From: Lytechinus pictus | Taxonomy: Eukaryota | Direction: 5' to 3' | DNA: 64,000 nucleotides | Assembly (NCBI RefSeq): GCF_037042905.1 | Contig: NC_087252.1 | Location: forward strand, 5,396,001 to 5,460,000 | Shown: positions 42,092-55,489 of the stretch, piece after piece | Position numbering within the stretch: position 1 is the stretch's first letter | Layout: the number at the start of each line of letters is the position of its first letter | The notes under the pieces: model-generated | What the model was told of the DNA's origin: nothing | The model's input: the letters and a program-made list of their open reading frames with translations, nothing else | The model's database searches: none | Program-made: the position numbers and the translations under genes

Positions 42092-42292
42092 TTAACTTAA
42101 ACTTTTGAAACTAAGTCCTGAAGTCCTCATCATTGTTGCAAGTAAAGTTGTGTCATCTTTCTTGCCTATACTTGTTTTCTCAAGTCGAGCTTCTCTAATG
42201 AAATGCTCGCCATATATATTGAAGAGGGACGGAGATAAAAAGCACCCCTGTCCATCGCCTCTCTCTGTGTTTAATTGATTTGTGTCGCCCAA
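42092..42292 (-). mobile_element. Degenerate RTE-like LINE RT fragment
   Basis: QGCFLSPSLFNIYGEHFIREA...DDTTLLA. Confidence 0.7.
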
Positions 42293-42429
42293 ACGTCCCT
42301 AAAAAAAATAAAATCGGCCTATTGCCCTAATTCAGCATATTCAGCATAAACTATGACAAAGAAATGTATGGGCCAAATCACAAGCATAATAGAGTCTCTA
42401 TTGTCCCCAGACAATTTGGCCCATGAAAT

Positions 42430-43242
42430 GAAGAGCTCACTAGCAAAAGGGGTTAGGTCCATTTTTCATCAAATTTGATTTGTTGGTCTCAATGTATAGA
42501 TTTTAGTAGCTCAATAAAAGATGATATCAAAGAAAAGTTGAAATTCCTTTTTAAAAGTGATCAAAAATGGCAAAGAAAAATCACTTTTTTTTTCAAAAGG
42601 GGTTAGGTCCAATTCAGTTTAGTTGCAAAAGGGATTAGGTCCATACCGAATTTTTTTGGAAAATAATATTTTTAAAAATATGAAGAAAGGTAGATATCTT
42701 TTATACCCAATTTTATGTTGTCATGGTAGGGAATCTTGACAATTTAGTTTCGCATAAGAATATGCAATATAGCAGAAAAAAAAAATTATTTTCTTGGAGT
42801 GGACCTAACCCCTTTTGCAAACAAACTCTTCTGAAGAGCTCATTTGTCAAAAGGGGTTAGGTCCATTGTTCATAAATTTTATTCTTTTCTGTCTCAAAAC
42901 CTCTTAATTTCTAGTCGCTTTGATAAAAACAAAGAAAATTTGAAATTTACATGAAAACGTGAAAAAAGTGGAAAAGAAAAATCACTTTTTTTAACAAAAA
43001 TAGATTGGATTCATTTTAGTTTACTTGCAAAATGGCTTAGGTCCACAGTGATAATTTTTAAAAGAATTTATAAAAAAAAAGACAGGTCGATTTCTTTTAT
43101 ACCCAATTTTATGTTCACAGAGGGTAGTACATCATGACAATTTAGTTTCTGATAAGAATATTGCAGTAAGTGAGAATAAAAAACAAGGTTTTTCTCAGTA
43201 TGGTCCAAAGTGGACCTAAACCCTTTTGCAACTAAACTCTTC
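42430..43242. mobile_element. Head-to-tail dimer of a ~400-bp MITE (Sola-like)
   Basis: Two GAAGAG...CTCTTC units (42430-42831, 42833-43242), outer 4-bp TSD AAAT, internal gcaaaaggggttaggtcc repeats. Confidence 0.7.
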
Positions 43243-43671
43243 AAATGCTTTGTGGGATCTGATGCTGGATACGCACCTAAACTGTCACCCCAAATTGTGA
43301 CAGAGCCCGTTCCCGCCAAAAAGGTGGGCTATACCCCCTCTCTTAATCAGGCATTGTTTTTTTGTTTCTAGTGCGTATGCTTACTGAGTCGGAAGCTAGG
43401 TCTTAGTTCCATATAGTGATCAAGGGTGGAAATGAAGGTAGGGGGACCAAGGGCTGGAAAATTTGACGAGCAAAAAAAAAAAAAAAATAGTTATCACCCA
43501 AAAATTAAAGTCATCTCGTCCAAACTAAATATTTTATTCCGATTTTGAATCTTCATCATTAAAAGACAAATTTAATTTTGTGCCCCCCTACTATTTTGGG
43601 TAGGAGAGCCGAGTCCCCCTGTCCCTCTGGGATTTCCGCCCGTCGTAGTGGTAACTCTTTATAACACTTAA

Positions 43672-44256
43672 AGGGATGGTCCGGGATGAAAATATGTATA
43701 TCTAAATAAATAGAGTAAACTCCACAAAGCAAAATGCTGAAAATTTCATCAAAATAAATAACAAAGTTATTGAATTTCAAAGTTTATCAACATTTTGTGA
43801 AAACAGTTATATGCACATCGTCATGGATATTCTTTAGGGGGGCTGATGATGTCACACCAAGGAGGTGATATCTCCTTGGTCACACCCCCACTTTCCTTTT
43901 TCTTATGTTATTACATGAAATCATAAATGTTTCATTTTTTCATACATGTGTAAATGATGTGTCTCCATTATGATGAAATAAGTTGTGGCAGTAAAAAAAC
44001 CAATGCACTTAAGTTGTCAATCAAATTGTTTAAGTTCTTGGTAGAAAAATTTTGAATAAACCTAATTTCATATAATAAAATACAAAAGAACAAGTGGGGA
44101 TATGACATCATCAGCCCACCTAATGAATATTCATAAAGACATGCCTAGAACTGTATAACCGGAATAATGCAAATCTTAAAAATTCAATAACTTCGTAATT
44201 TTGTGAATTTTACTCTATTTAAAGAGATATACATATATCCAGCCTGGACCATCCCT
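43672..44256. mobile_element. Kolobok-like TTAA MITE
   Basis: TTAA|AGGGATGGTCC...GGACCATCCCT|TTAA; paralogous site near 8605 is empty. Confidence 0.85.
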
Positions 44257-44453
44257 TTAACGATTCATCTCAACTGGTAGAACACAACATAAAGTCGCAT
44301 GTTCTAACCTGAAAGTATGAGCTATACTTTCGGGTTATCGAATGACACGAAACTGTATTTACATGTAACATGATAAGATCATGTTAAGATGATATTAACC
44401 ATTCCTTTTATTAATACAATTTATCGATGTATTTTATCACTATCTTCCTACAG

Positions 44454-44594
44454 TTTCTAATGATCGTGTGACCACTATGGTTATAAGCGTGATAATCGCG
44501 ATAATTCTACTAGTGGTTATCATGGTTATTGTAGTCCTGTCGGTAGGCCTGACCTTTTACCGAAGTCATGGCAGGTGGCCCTGGTTAACAAGAG
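44454..44594 (+). CDS. Receptor copy B, transmembrane exon
   Basis: cctacAG|tt ... agag|GTaac, phase 1/1; MVISVIIAIILLVVIMVIVVLSVGLTFYR. Confidence 0.85.
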
Positions 44595-45434
44595 GTAACG
44601 TTTGCGTTGCTTTGATCATCACATATTTTCTATATTCTTATCTTATCTAACTAAGAACAATTTACTGTTTATTAGGATACATACAGTATCATTATTTACA
44701 ATCAACCATCACACATATTTAACATCAACATGTCACTTGATTATTTCTTCCAAGAGTTTCATCCAATGATATATTGTTTTAATAAAATTAATCACTGGTT
44801 TACTCTGAAAGAGTTCAAGATCTATTATTATTTACATGCAAGTCCATGCCATTGGTCCTTGAAAATGAGTATCTTGGCTTAACTCTCTCTCTCTCTCTCT
44901 TTTTATAATAGTTAACCCCGGATTTATAACAAGACTAACCAATAATTTGAGTCGATTGTTATCCGAAATGCTCGGCTTAATATTCCCTATCAAATATCTA
45001 TGAAAAAATATTGTGTCCAGATATCACTGAACGATGGTCTGTAGCCTATATCACTGTGCAATAGAGCAATGCAAAAGGGTAGGGGTTAATGGGTTAATCA
45101 GTAAGTAAAATTCCTTCCGTCCTTTGGCATGATAAGCATGTTTAGTCATCAATATTAGATTAACAAAAAAAAAATGGATAGTGTACCAACGTAGTCTTTC
45201 AGGCAACTAAAAACACTTATAAGTACTCCAAAAGATCAACATGGTCAAGCGCACACAAAGTTCCACATATTTTTCTCTTGTGTGTGCGTGTTGTTTCTTA
45301 CGTGTTGATATACTGTTAATTGTGCCAAGGAGTACTTTTCCTGTAGCTTCAAGGTCGTGTGTGCGACATCATACGACGAGCTCTAATCATTTTTTATATA
45401 TTTTATATCGATGTTTTTTTCTCACAATATAAAG

Positions 45435-45738
45435 ATCCCGAAAGAAGCAAGACGAATGGGTTATTCATGGCAGTCGAAAGTAATGTTGATGATGATGAAC
45501 CTGACCAATACAGGAGGGAGAGCAGTAGGTGGTGTTCGTGTGGTAACTGTCCTGTGATGGAGACTGATGTAGAATGCCTTTGTTGTCGTGAACTCAAGAG
45601 ATGTCGGGAAATCCAGACCAATGGATGTATCATTGATTCTAACAGATTTAAATTCCTTTGTCTTGACAAACCATCTCTGCGTGTGTTTCTCTCTTTAAGG
45701 AGCAAAGACCATCAAATTCCCGGATATATGGAGAACAA
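45435..45738 (+). CDS. Receptor copy B, linker plus N-half of ballast-like domain
   Basis: WCSCGNCPVMETDVECLCCRE; donor aa|GTaag phase 2. The acceptor used by copy A reads AC here, so the start is placed at an in-frame AAG 9 nt downstream. Confidence 0.75.
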
Positions 45739-46161
45739 GTAAGATCTTATCATTAATATAAAGGAAGGAAGAATTTTAGATGAAATTTCAAAAATATAGA
45801 TATGAAAATATATATACAAAAAACTAATTATAAAAAAAAGAAAAAAAACCCCAAAATATTTAAAATAAATCACAATGATAATAAGATAATCAAGCGCTAT
45901 TAGCATGATAACATGAATACAGTGATAGTTAAATGCTTAATACGGAGTATGCTTCTGGACGTGTCTGAACACAACATTTATTTATGTTATTCTTTAGCAG
46001 CTGTGAATAATGCTGAAGTCCCTTGTCCACCTCCTGGACTGTTGTATGATTTTTCTTATCATTTTTATTTTGTACATACATGTACAGTACGTAAACATAA
46101 AATCATCTCACGACTCACAGAGACACACACCCTCACACATATACAGAGAATCACTGGAGTA

Positions 46162-46620
46162 TATGGTTGGCCGTTCCCGCCAAAACACGTGTCAAAACTA
46201 TACGCGTGCAAGTCAAAACGTACGCATGGTTCTTCAAAAACGTACGCGTGGATCTGTAATAACGTACGTATGGTCTTGACAGAACGTACGTATGGACATT
46301 TTCTAGTATACTTCTATGACATTCTTAACGTACGTATGATTTTGGCATAACGTACGCGTAGTTCTGTCATTACATACGCGTGGTTCTGTCATTACGTACG
46401 CGTGGTTCCCGGAAAAATAATTAACTCATATACCAAAGCACGCATACGTAATGACAGAAGCACGTGTACGTTATGCCAAAACCATACGCGTGCAAGTGAG
46501 AACGTACGCGTGGATCTGTCATAACGTACGTATGGTTTTGACAGATCGTACGTATGGACATTTTCTATTATACTTCCATGACATTCTTAACGTACGTTTT
46601 GGCGGGAACGGCCAACCATA
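46162..46620. mobile_element. Unclassified TIR element rich in acgtacg repeats
   Basis: TATGGTTGGCCGTTCCCGCCAAAAC perfect TIR; 6-bp TSD GGAGTA. Confidence 0.8.
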
Positions 46621-47105
46621 GGAGTAAGAGATACACGGGACGTATGTGCACCATATGTGTTGGTCATATGTACTGGTCTAAATGCAAAGGGTTTGCCATC
46701 GATACCCATAAGCTGGATTGAGCTCGATGCACGCTGCCGCAGGCACGACCCATGGGCAAATGAAAAGTAGGGGCCATACCAACGCTTTATAGAACTCCAC
46801 ACGTGATGTTTGCACACGCATGCGCAATAGAAAAAAGTGTGTAACTTTGTGCCTGCTTGATCTTTTGATCCGTGCAGTATTTCTTTGGACCCAAAAGAGT
46901 GATTTGTAGCTAAATCCACCTTGTGATATCGATGGATTTTCCCGATCATTACAAATCGTCCAGGACGTAGACTAATCTATCCGAGCTTTGCCCTCCCCGG
47001 CTGACTCACATTTCTTATTGCTTCATTTGGGTGTACCCAAGCAATTTCTATATTTTGTGTTCTTATAGTTTATTTTTGTTCTATGATGTTCCATGGCCTT
47101 TTCAG

Positions 47106-47364
47106 ATCCTATCGGTTTGCCGCTTTCAGGATTTGGTCAGATTACTTGCACGATTACATGGGTAAAGGAGTTCGATGGCCTCTTCCAGCCTGCGTGGTGA
47201 CACGAGTGCGGCAAGAGTTCCCCAATAAGACAGGCGTCTACGCTGGCTTCAAATTTGGGAAACATGGGAAAGTTGGAAAGGTAATCGAAATGTCTCAACT
47301 GTTACATGTATATTGCACAATTTTCCGGGCAGATGGGGCACTCGGCAATAAAGTTGCACGATGA
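47106..47364 (+). CDS. Receptor copy B, last coding exon, C-half of ballast-like domain
   Basis: tttcAG|a tcc tat cgg, phase 2; YRFAAFRIW...PLPACVVTRVRQEFP...GVYAGF; TGA at 47362. Confidence 0.85.
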
Positions 47365-47711
47365 TCTACCACAGGTGCCACGGCTATTAAAATTCAGGCA
47401 TTTATCCTATTATACATAGGTCTAATGAAAATGGATTCAAATTTTGCCAGTCTGTTGGAATGAAAAATGCACCAAAGTCGGTTCCATTGTCTTGTGGCGA
47501 TACAGTTGAATATATGGTAAATTGCCAATTCGTCTACTGCTAACTTGTCCACTCATCACAACAAATATTGTGGTTTCTAACCTAAAATTTTGATAACGGC
47601 ACATTTTATTTGGAAAAAGGGGCACTTTTCATTTTGGAAAACAAACATTTTTTCTACGATAATTTTCTGAGGGGGGGGGGGGGTAAATGCCCCCTATCCC
47701 CGGTTAGCCCC

Positions 47712-50700
47712 TGTTACACCCACAAATGTAATAATCGCCCACAAATGTAATAACGCCCACAAATGTAATAACACTTTACCCACAAATGTAATAACGCCCA
47801 CAAATGTAATAACACTTTACCCACAAATGTAATAATTTCACCCACAAATGTAATAATGCACTTTACCCACAAATGTAATAATTTTTGATCGCCCACAAAT
47901 GTAATAATGACTTTACCCACAAATGTAATAAATTTGAAGGGATTTTTGGCGAATCCGTTCTAAACTAAAATCCTATAGTAATGCGTTCATACAGCACAAA
48001 AGTGCAAAGTCTTTTTTCCAGACCCGGTTAATAAAACATTATAGTACAAGTCCAAAGTCTTTTTCCAGACCCGGTTGTTTCAAAATTATAATATACGTCC
48101 AAAGTCTTTTCTCCAGACCCGGTTAATTCAAAAATTATAATGCAAGTCCAAAGTCTTTTTTTCAGACCCAGTTGTTTCAAAAATTGTAATATAAGTCCAA
48201 AGTCTTTTTTCCAGACCCGGTCGTTTCAAAAATTATAATGCAAGTCCAAAGTCTTTTTTCCAGACCCGGTTAATTCAAAAGTTATGATATACGCCCAAAG
48301 TCTTTTTTCCAGACCCGGTCAATTAAAAAATTATAATGTAAGTCCAAAGTCTTTTTTCCAGACCCGGTTGTTTCAAAAATTATAATAAACATCCAAAGAC
48401 TTTTTTCCAGACCCGTTTAATTCAAAAATTATAATATACGTCCAAAGTCTTTATTCCAGACCCGGTTAACTAAAAAGTTATAATGCAAGTCCAAAGTCTT
48501 TTTTTCAGACCCGGTTGTTTCAAAAATTAAAATTTAAGTTTAAAGTCTTTCTTCCAGACCCGGTTGTTTAAAAAATTATAATATACGTCCAAAGTCTTTT
48601 TTCCAGACGAGGTTGTTTGAAAAATTATTATATAAGTCCAAACTAAGATACGATAATGATATTCGTGTGGAATAAAAAATGAGAATCAAGCTTAGTCTTT
48701 TCTCCAGACCCAGTTAATTAAAACTGGTGGAAAAGTAACAAAGACCCCAACTCTCTTATTAATGTTAAATAACATAGAAATATAGTGTAGTCTTTCATCC
48801 AGACCCAGATCTTTCAAATATAAATGAATAATAATAATAAATTAGTAATAATAAAAAAGCAAGCAAAGACCCACGATCCTATTTATGTTGAATAACATGG
48901 AAATATATCGTAGTCTTTCCTCAAGACCCAGATCTTTCAAATAACAAATGAATAATAATAATAATAAATTAGTAATAATAAAAAAGCAAACAAAGACCAA
49001 CGATCCTATTTATGTTGAATAACATGGAAGTATAGCGTAGTCTTTCCTCAAGACCCAGATCTTTCAAATGACAAATGAATAATAATAATAAATTAGTAAT
49101 AATAAAAAAGCCAACAAAGACCCACGATCCTATTTATGTTGAATAACATGGAAATATAGCGTAGTCTTTCCTCCAGACCCAATTATTTCAAAATAACCAA
49201 AATCATTAAAAAAGAATAACAGAATCTATGGACCAACTATCCTTCAAACTAAGAACCTTCAATAAATAAAAGTTTAGAGAGTTTTCTTTATTCCAGACCT
49301 TGTCATTTTCAAAAAATAAGATAAATGAAATCCTCATATAAACTAAGACACAATCATATTCTTGTGCCTGTTCAACATGAATAAGATGATTGGGGGAGTA
49401 TTTCATCAACATTTATGTCCGACAAGTTGTCAGATCTGACAACTGTCCTTGATGTTGATTGGCTAAGAAGCAGTGCTACCATGGTAAGTGTCGGATAAAA
49501 CGTCAGACAACTCCTTTCATGAAATGCTCCCCGGGCTCTAAGTTTTGATGTTGTTTTTTTATTATAAATTTCTTTGCCTGGAAGAAAAAGTGAATGTTTA
49601 ATTACATCATTTATTACAGGATGTTAGGCTGGAAGAGGGATAATTTTTTTTGTTCTTTTTTTAATAAACTGGTCTGGTCAAATTAAGTATGTTTTATCAC
49701 AAGGGTTTTATAGTTTGGAAGATGCTGGGGTCTAAGTTTTAAGATTAATGTTTCGCTTAATTTGTATTTTTAAGAGAACTGCGTGATGGTTAAAGACAAC
49801 ACTCTAAGTCCAAGCATTTTAAGTGGGTTTAATTTTGAAGATTGGTCTTAGCTGTGATTTTTTGTTCAATATTTGTTTATCTTTTAAATAACCGAGTCTA
49901 GACGAAAGACTAAGCATAATACTCGTGTTATTCCACAAGAATAAGAATATGACAAAGTCTTTTGTTTTTAACATTGTTAAAATCATTTTTAAATTACTGG
50001 GTCTGGAATAAAGACTACGCTCTTAACATGTGTTTTTCTACATGCATGGTCTTAATTTGGAGGATTGTTGGTTCTCAGATTCGTTGTTGGGGGTTGGGTT
50101 TTATTGATTTTTTATTCTTGAAATAATTGTGTCTAGAGGAAAGCCGATCTTCGACAGTCGGTCTTCATGCTATTCCACAGTAATTTTATTATTGGGTATT
50201 CGTTTTAGAATATTTGAAAAAACTTTTTTTTTTTTAATAATAACCAAGTCTGGAGAAAGGATGTTTGCTTAACCCATGCATTATTACAATGTTTTGTAGG
50301 GGTCGTAGTCATGGGCGGAAATCCCAGGGGGACAGGGGGACGTGTCCCCCCTACTCAAAATAGTAGGGGGACACACTATCAAATGTTCCCCCTTCTATTT
50401 CTGGTCTTCTATGATGGTAAGAAATTCATCATTCAAAATCGAAATAAAACATGTATTTTAGGACGAGATGACCTTACTTTCGGGTGATAACCTTTTTTTT
50501 TTTTGCTTGTCAAATTCTCCAGACCCTTGTCACCCTACCTTTTGGGAGAGATTTCCGCCCCTGGTCGTAGTATTATTTAAAAAAAATGGGTGTGGGGTAA
50601 AGACATATTTTTTTACTGGGTGAAACTTTGGAAAATTGGTCTTAGATTTGAAGTTTTTTAATTCATTTTTTGAATAGCCGGGTCTGGAGGAAAGAGTACG

Positions 50701-51890
50701 CTTGATTCTCAATTTACCCTTAGCGCATATATTCACAATATACGCGGTATAAGTTAAAACAACAACAAAGACATTGATTCCACTAGTTTTAATTAACTGG
50801 GTCTGGAGAAAAGACTAAGCTCGATTCTCATTTTTATTCCACTGGAATATCATTATCGTATCTTAGTATGGACTTATATTAAAATTTTTGAAATAAACAG
50901 GTCTGGAAAAAGACTTTGGACTTATATTAACATTTTTTCAACAACCGGGTCTGTAAAAAGACTTGAACTTATATTATAATTTTTGAAACAAGCGGGTCTG
51001 GAGAAAGACTTTGGACTTATATTATTATTTTTTAAACAACCGGGTCTGGAAAAAAAGATTTTGGACATATGTTATAATTTTTTTAACAACCGGGTCTGGA
51101 AAAACACTTTGGACTTATATTATAATTTTTTAAACAACCGGGTCTGAAAAAAAGACTTTGGACTTATATTATCATTTTTGAAACAACCGGGTCTGGAAAA
51201 AAAGACTTTGGACATATATCATAATTTTTGAAACAACCGGGTCTGGAAAAACACTTTGGACTTATATTATAATTATTAAAACAACCGGGTCTGGAAAAAA
51301 AGACTTTGGACTTATATTATAATTTTTTAAACAACCAGGTCTGAAAAAAGACTTTGGACTTGCATTACAATTTTTGAAACAACCGGGTCTGGAAAAAAGA
51401 CTTTGGACTTATATTACAATTTTTGAAACAACTGGGTCTGAAAAAAAGACTTTGGACTTGCATTATAATTTTTGAATTAACCGGGTCTGGAGAAAAGACT
51501 TTGGACGTATATTATAATTATGAAACAACCGGGTCTGGAAAAAGACTTTGGACTTGTACTATAATGTTTTATTAACCGGGTCTGGAAAAAAGACTTTGCA
51601 CATTTGTGCTTTATGAAGGCATTACTATAGGATTTTAGTTTAGAACGGATTCGCCAAAAATCCCTTCAAATTTATTACATTCGTGGGTAAAGTCATTATT
51701 ACATTTGTGGGCGATCAAACATTATTACATTTGTGGGTAAAGTGCATTATTACATTTGTGGGTGAAATTATTACATTTGTGGGTAAAGTGTTATTACATT
51801 TGTGGGCGTTATTACATTTGTGGGTAAAGTGTTATTACATTTGTGGGCGTTATTACATGTGTGGGCGTTATTACATTTGTGGGTGCAACA
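47712..51890. mobile_element. 4.2-kb non-autonomous element with TGT...ACA ends (Ginger-like) and ~1-kb TIRs built of tandem repeats
   Basis: TGTTACACCC...GGGTGCAACA, flanking gcccc repeats, cccacaaatgtaataa arrays and ~59-bp ccagacccgg arrays inverted on both arms. Confidence 0.8.
50310..50563. mobile_element. GC-tract MITE with 8-bp TSD
   Basis: CATGGGCGGAAATC...GATTTCCGCCCCTG, TSD gtcgtagt; related copy at ~43420-43645. Confidence 0.75.
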
Positions 51891-54800
51891 GCCCCCCCCC
51901 CCCCGAATACAAGTAGTAACATGTATGCAATTAGTTTTAAAAATGCTACAAAGGTATAGTCTTTTCGTCCCCGAAACATACAAAACAGCACAAGACACAT
52001 TGTACCATGTGGGCAGATAAAATACAGAGGCATATACCATGTATACCCTTTCAGGTGATCCATTTATTGGTCATAAATACCACGAATCTTGTCACGATCT
52101 TATCACAGAATCATTCTCAGGCAACGTACTATTAATTTAATGGTGAAACGATGGTTCCTTTGGTGAATTCGCTCTTCTTCGAAGGTCTATGCCGATTACA
52201 ATGATTTTCCTTTCCTTGTAATATGTATTTATTATACTAGGTGATACTTTTATATGTTGTATCTACTCATAGAAATCCGTTTCCTTCGTCCCCAACAATC
52301 CAACAATGATGAATATTGGAGAGACAACATCAATATAGTATGCAGAGACTAACACGGATTGAAACTTTGTTCAACATGTGGACCTACAGGAGATGGGACT
52401 AGCACAAGTGCATATTGCTGTTGTATTACTGCACTCCGTTATGGCCATTGGAAGAGGGTGTTCTTGCGTTTACTAGTCAGCACCAATCAATCTATTGTTA
52501 TCGTTATTGTTTTAAAGAAAATGTTTTGTGTCTGAAATTTCTCCTTTTCTAAATTCCCTCTCAACCAACCATATTAAAATACGTATTAAATGCGCACTCA
52601 TTTAATTGAAGCGACGTGTCTTTTGCGGCTTTTCTTGAGGCACTTTTTTAATTTTTAAGTGAAATTGAAGGATTTCAAGCATACTTTTGGTGATTTTCGT
52701 GATGACGTTCAGTAAAAAAATGTAAGTTTTCAAAATTTCGGGAGGGGGAGGGGGTGCCCTCTCCCCCCGCAGCGTTCGGCCACGATAATCAATATTCTAC
52801 ATAATTACAAATTACTGTATTACAGTCATGTATGTATATATGAGTATGAGCGTGCAGCGAATTATTTTTATAGGGTTCCATGGCATATACTCTGGCGACA
52901 ATTGCTCCGGTGTAAATTCGACAAACTAATGGAATGACCAAATTCAACCCTTGATTAAACAATATACCCTAGCCTAAATCAAAGCCTAATGATAATGAGG
53001 ATGATGATCATAATAATAATAATAAATACATATGATTTATATGACGTCTTATCGAATCTGATTAAATGCTCAAGGCGCTTAGAAAAGGGCGAAAACAAAG
53101 TAAAGATATAAGTACAAAAAGAGGCACACTACAAATGGGGAAAAAATGTCTGTCTCCAAACCTCGAACCTGCTGGTGAACAAATGAAATATTAGGTTTCC
53201 TTAAAGGATGATGCAGAGTTTGAGTTCTTCAGCTCCTGTGGTAGTGAATTCCACAGGGCTGGTCAGGCTTGATCGAGCAAAGGCTCGATCGCCCCGGGAT
53301 TTTTCTTAGATAGTGTAATATGTAAAAGATTTGATTGGGATGATTGCAGTGAGCGTACATGATGATACTAAAAAACAAGAGACTTGAAAGCATAACATAA
53401 AACCCTGTTGCAATCCTTACCCCAACCCGTTATCTCAGACGAAATTAAGCCCGGAACAATTGTCGCCAGAGCAAATATCGTGTCACGGTATTAACCGTTT
53501 ATAGAATATACAGGCTTATGTGTCTTTATTTATTTATTTATGTATTTATTTCGTCTTTATTCAACAGGGTAGCCCCATCAGTAGTTGAAATACTGTTATA
53601 CTAGGAAGCCCTGCATAACATAAAATACATATACATAAGAACAAAATAACATGATATTGGATGCTACTTGTCAACGAGCAATAATAGAGAACAAATATTT
53701 ACAACATAATTTATGATTACAATAAATGTTCACTTTGGTTAAGTTATGGTCAACGAAAATATAATAAAAAACAGTTCATTTTAAGGCTACTAACAAAATA
53801 AAGTGTAAGAAAACAAAAGACATTTGGTAGGAGCCAATCCGGTCTAAACTAGTCATACAACGTATTATATTATAATAAGCTGCTTTCAGAAAAAAATATT
53901 AATGAATAATATAAATCAAAATAGGATAGGTGTGATTGTATGCGATTTGTAGTTAATTATTGTAATTACCTAATTTCTATTTCATCCATCGTAATTGCAT
54001 TACAAAATGTGTGTATATATATATATGATAGATAATATTGACTTTTCAAGGTTTATTTGAAAAATGATGCTTATGGGAAATTCTATAAAATATGTATGTC
54101 CGACCCCCTGCATGTGGGACCGCCGTGAAATTTTCTGTCTCCGATTTCTTATTCTTTTGACATCCTGTAATGCTCAGTTTATAAAGAGACGTAAACTTGA
54201 GAAAAATGGAGGTCTCGCTTACAAAAAGGTTGATTATCTTATTGAATTGCCCTTATATATATTTAAAATAACCTACTAAGAAATCGTCAGGATGTGTTTT
54301 TTTATTCTTATTTTTTTTCTGGTATACATTGCTTACCATCTTACTATTATAAACTTTTAATGATATCCATTGAACTCTATCTTACATCGTCCTGTTTCAT
54401 CCATTACACCCACGCGATGTTATAAGTAAATAATGAAGGAGAAATTGCATCATGAAGGATTACTGCTAATTAATTAATGATGACAAAATCAGTACGATAA
54501 TACACCAGAGCGTACTGTTTTCAGAAGGAGAAGAAGAAGAGATCTGGGCCCCGTTTCTGAAAACTGGGACAAGTTAGTCATATATTTATCCACCAACCCA
54601 CAGTGTTAGTCCAAATTATACTAAACCGGTTTCACAAAAGGCTTCCTAACTAGAAACCCTTGATATCGATATTATCGGTTGAAACGTTGTTATCGCTTCT
54701 GCTTATTTGGTGCGTATAATTCAGCAGTGAATATTCGCGCAAAATGAGCAGACCCGACGTAGCCTCAGTCACAAAATAAGTAATTTTTAAAAAGCAAAAT

Positions 54801-55489
54801 AACGATGAAACTGCAATTATTGTGAGGAATGTTGAAATACATCTAATCAAAATAATAGCAGAGGCAAAATAAGCACCATGCATACTTAAACCGTGAAGAC
54901 TGGGGCATTCAATTGATGAGAAACTGAAATTATGAATAATTCATTTCAATTAAAAAAAAAATCACATGTGGACGTTGAGATGGGTACCCACCGGATATCA
55001 AACTTCAATATAGTTTACGGAAGTAAACCATAAATGTTTTATTTGTAAAAGGATGATAATTATACGTCTTTTAATGATTCCATACATTATGAAACTATAG
55101 TGTAACATAAGTTTTTTAAATCTTTAGATATCGGAACAAACGATTTGACAAATTTTATGAATAAATTAGAGATATAATTTCTTAAAATGTTGATAAGGGT
55201 CAGAAAACAACGTATACGAATTCAGTTATGGATTGCCTGTGGTGGCAAAACTTTTAACGCTTCAATATTTTACTATAATTTCAAAACGAATGGTTTTGTG
55301 GCGTTTTATCAACATTTTTTATAGGTTCTGAGCGTACCAATAATTAATGAACCTATCCCACTTGTTTTGTTATGTAGCTTTGATTACGTAGGATTGCATT
55401 GTCAAATTTCGAGGCATTTTGCATGTCATAGTCTACCCACGTGATGCCACTTCTTCATTACAAAAGAAGTTATGACAGGGTCGGAGGTG

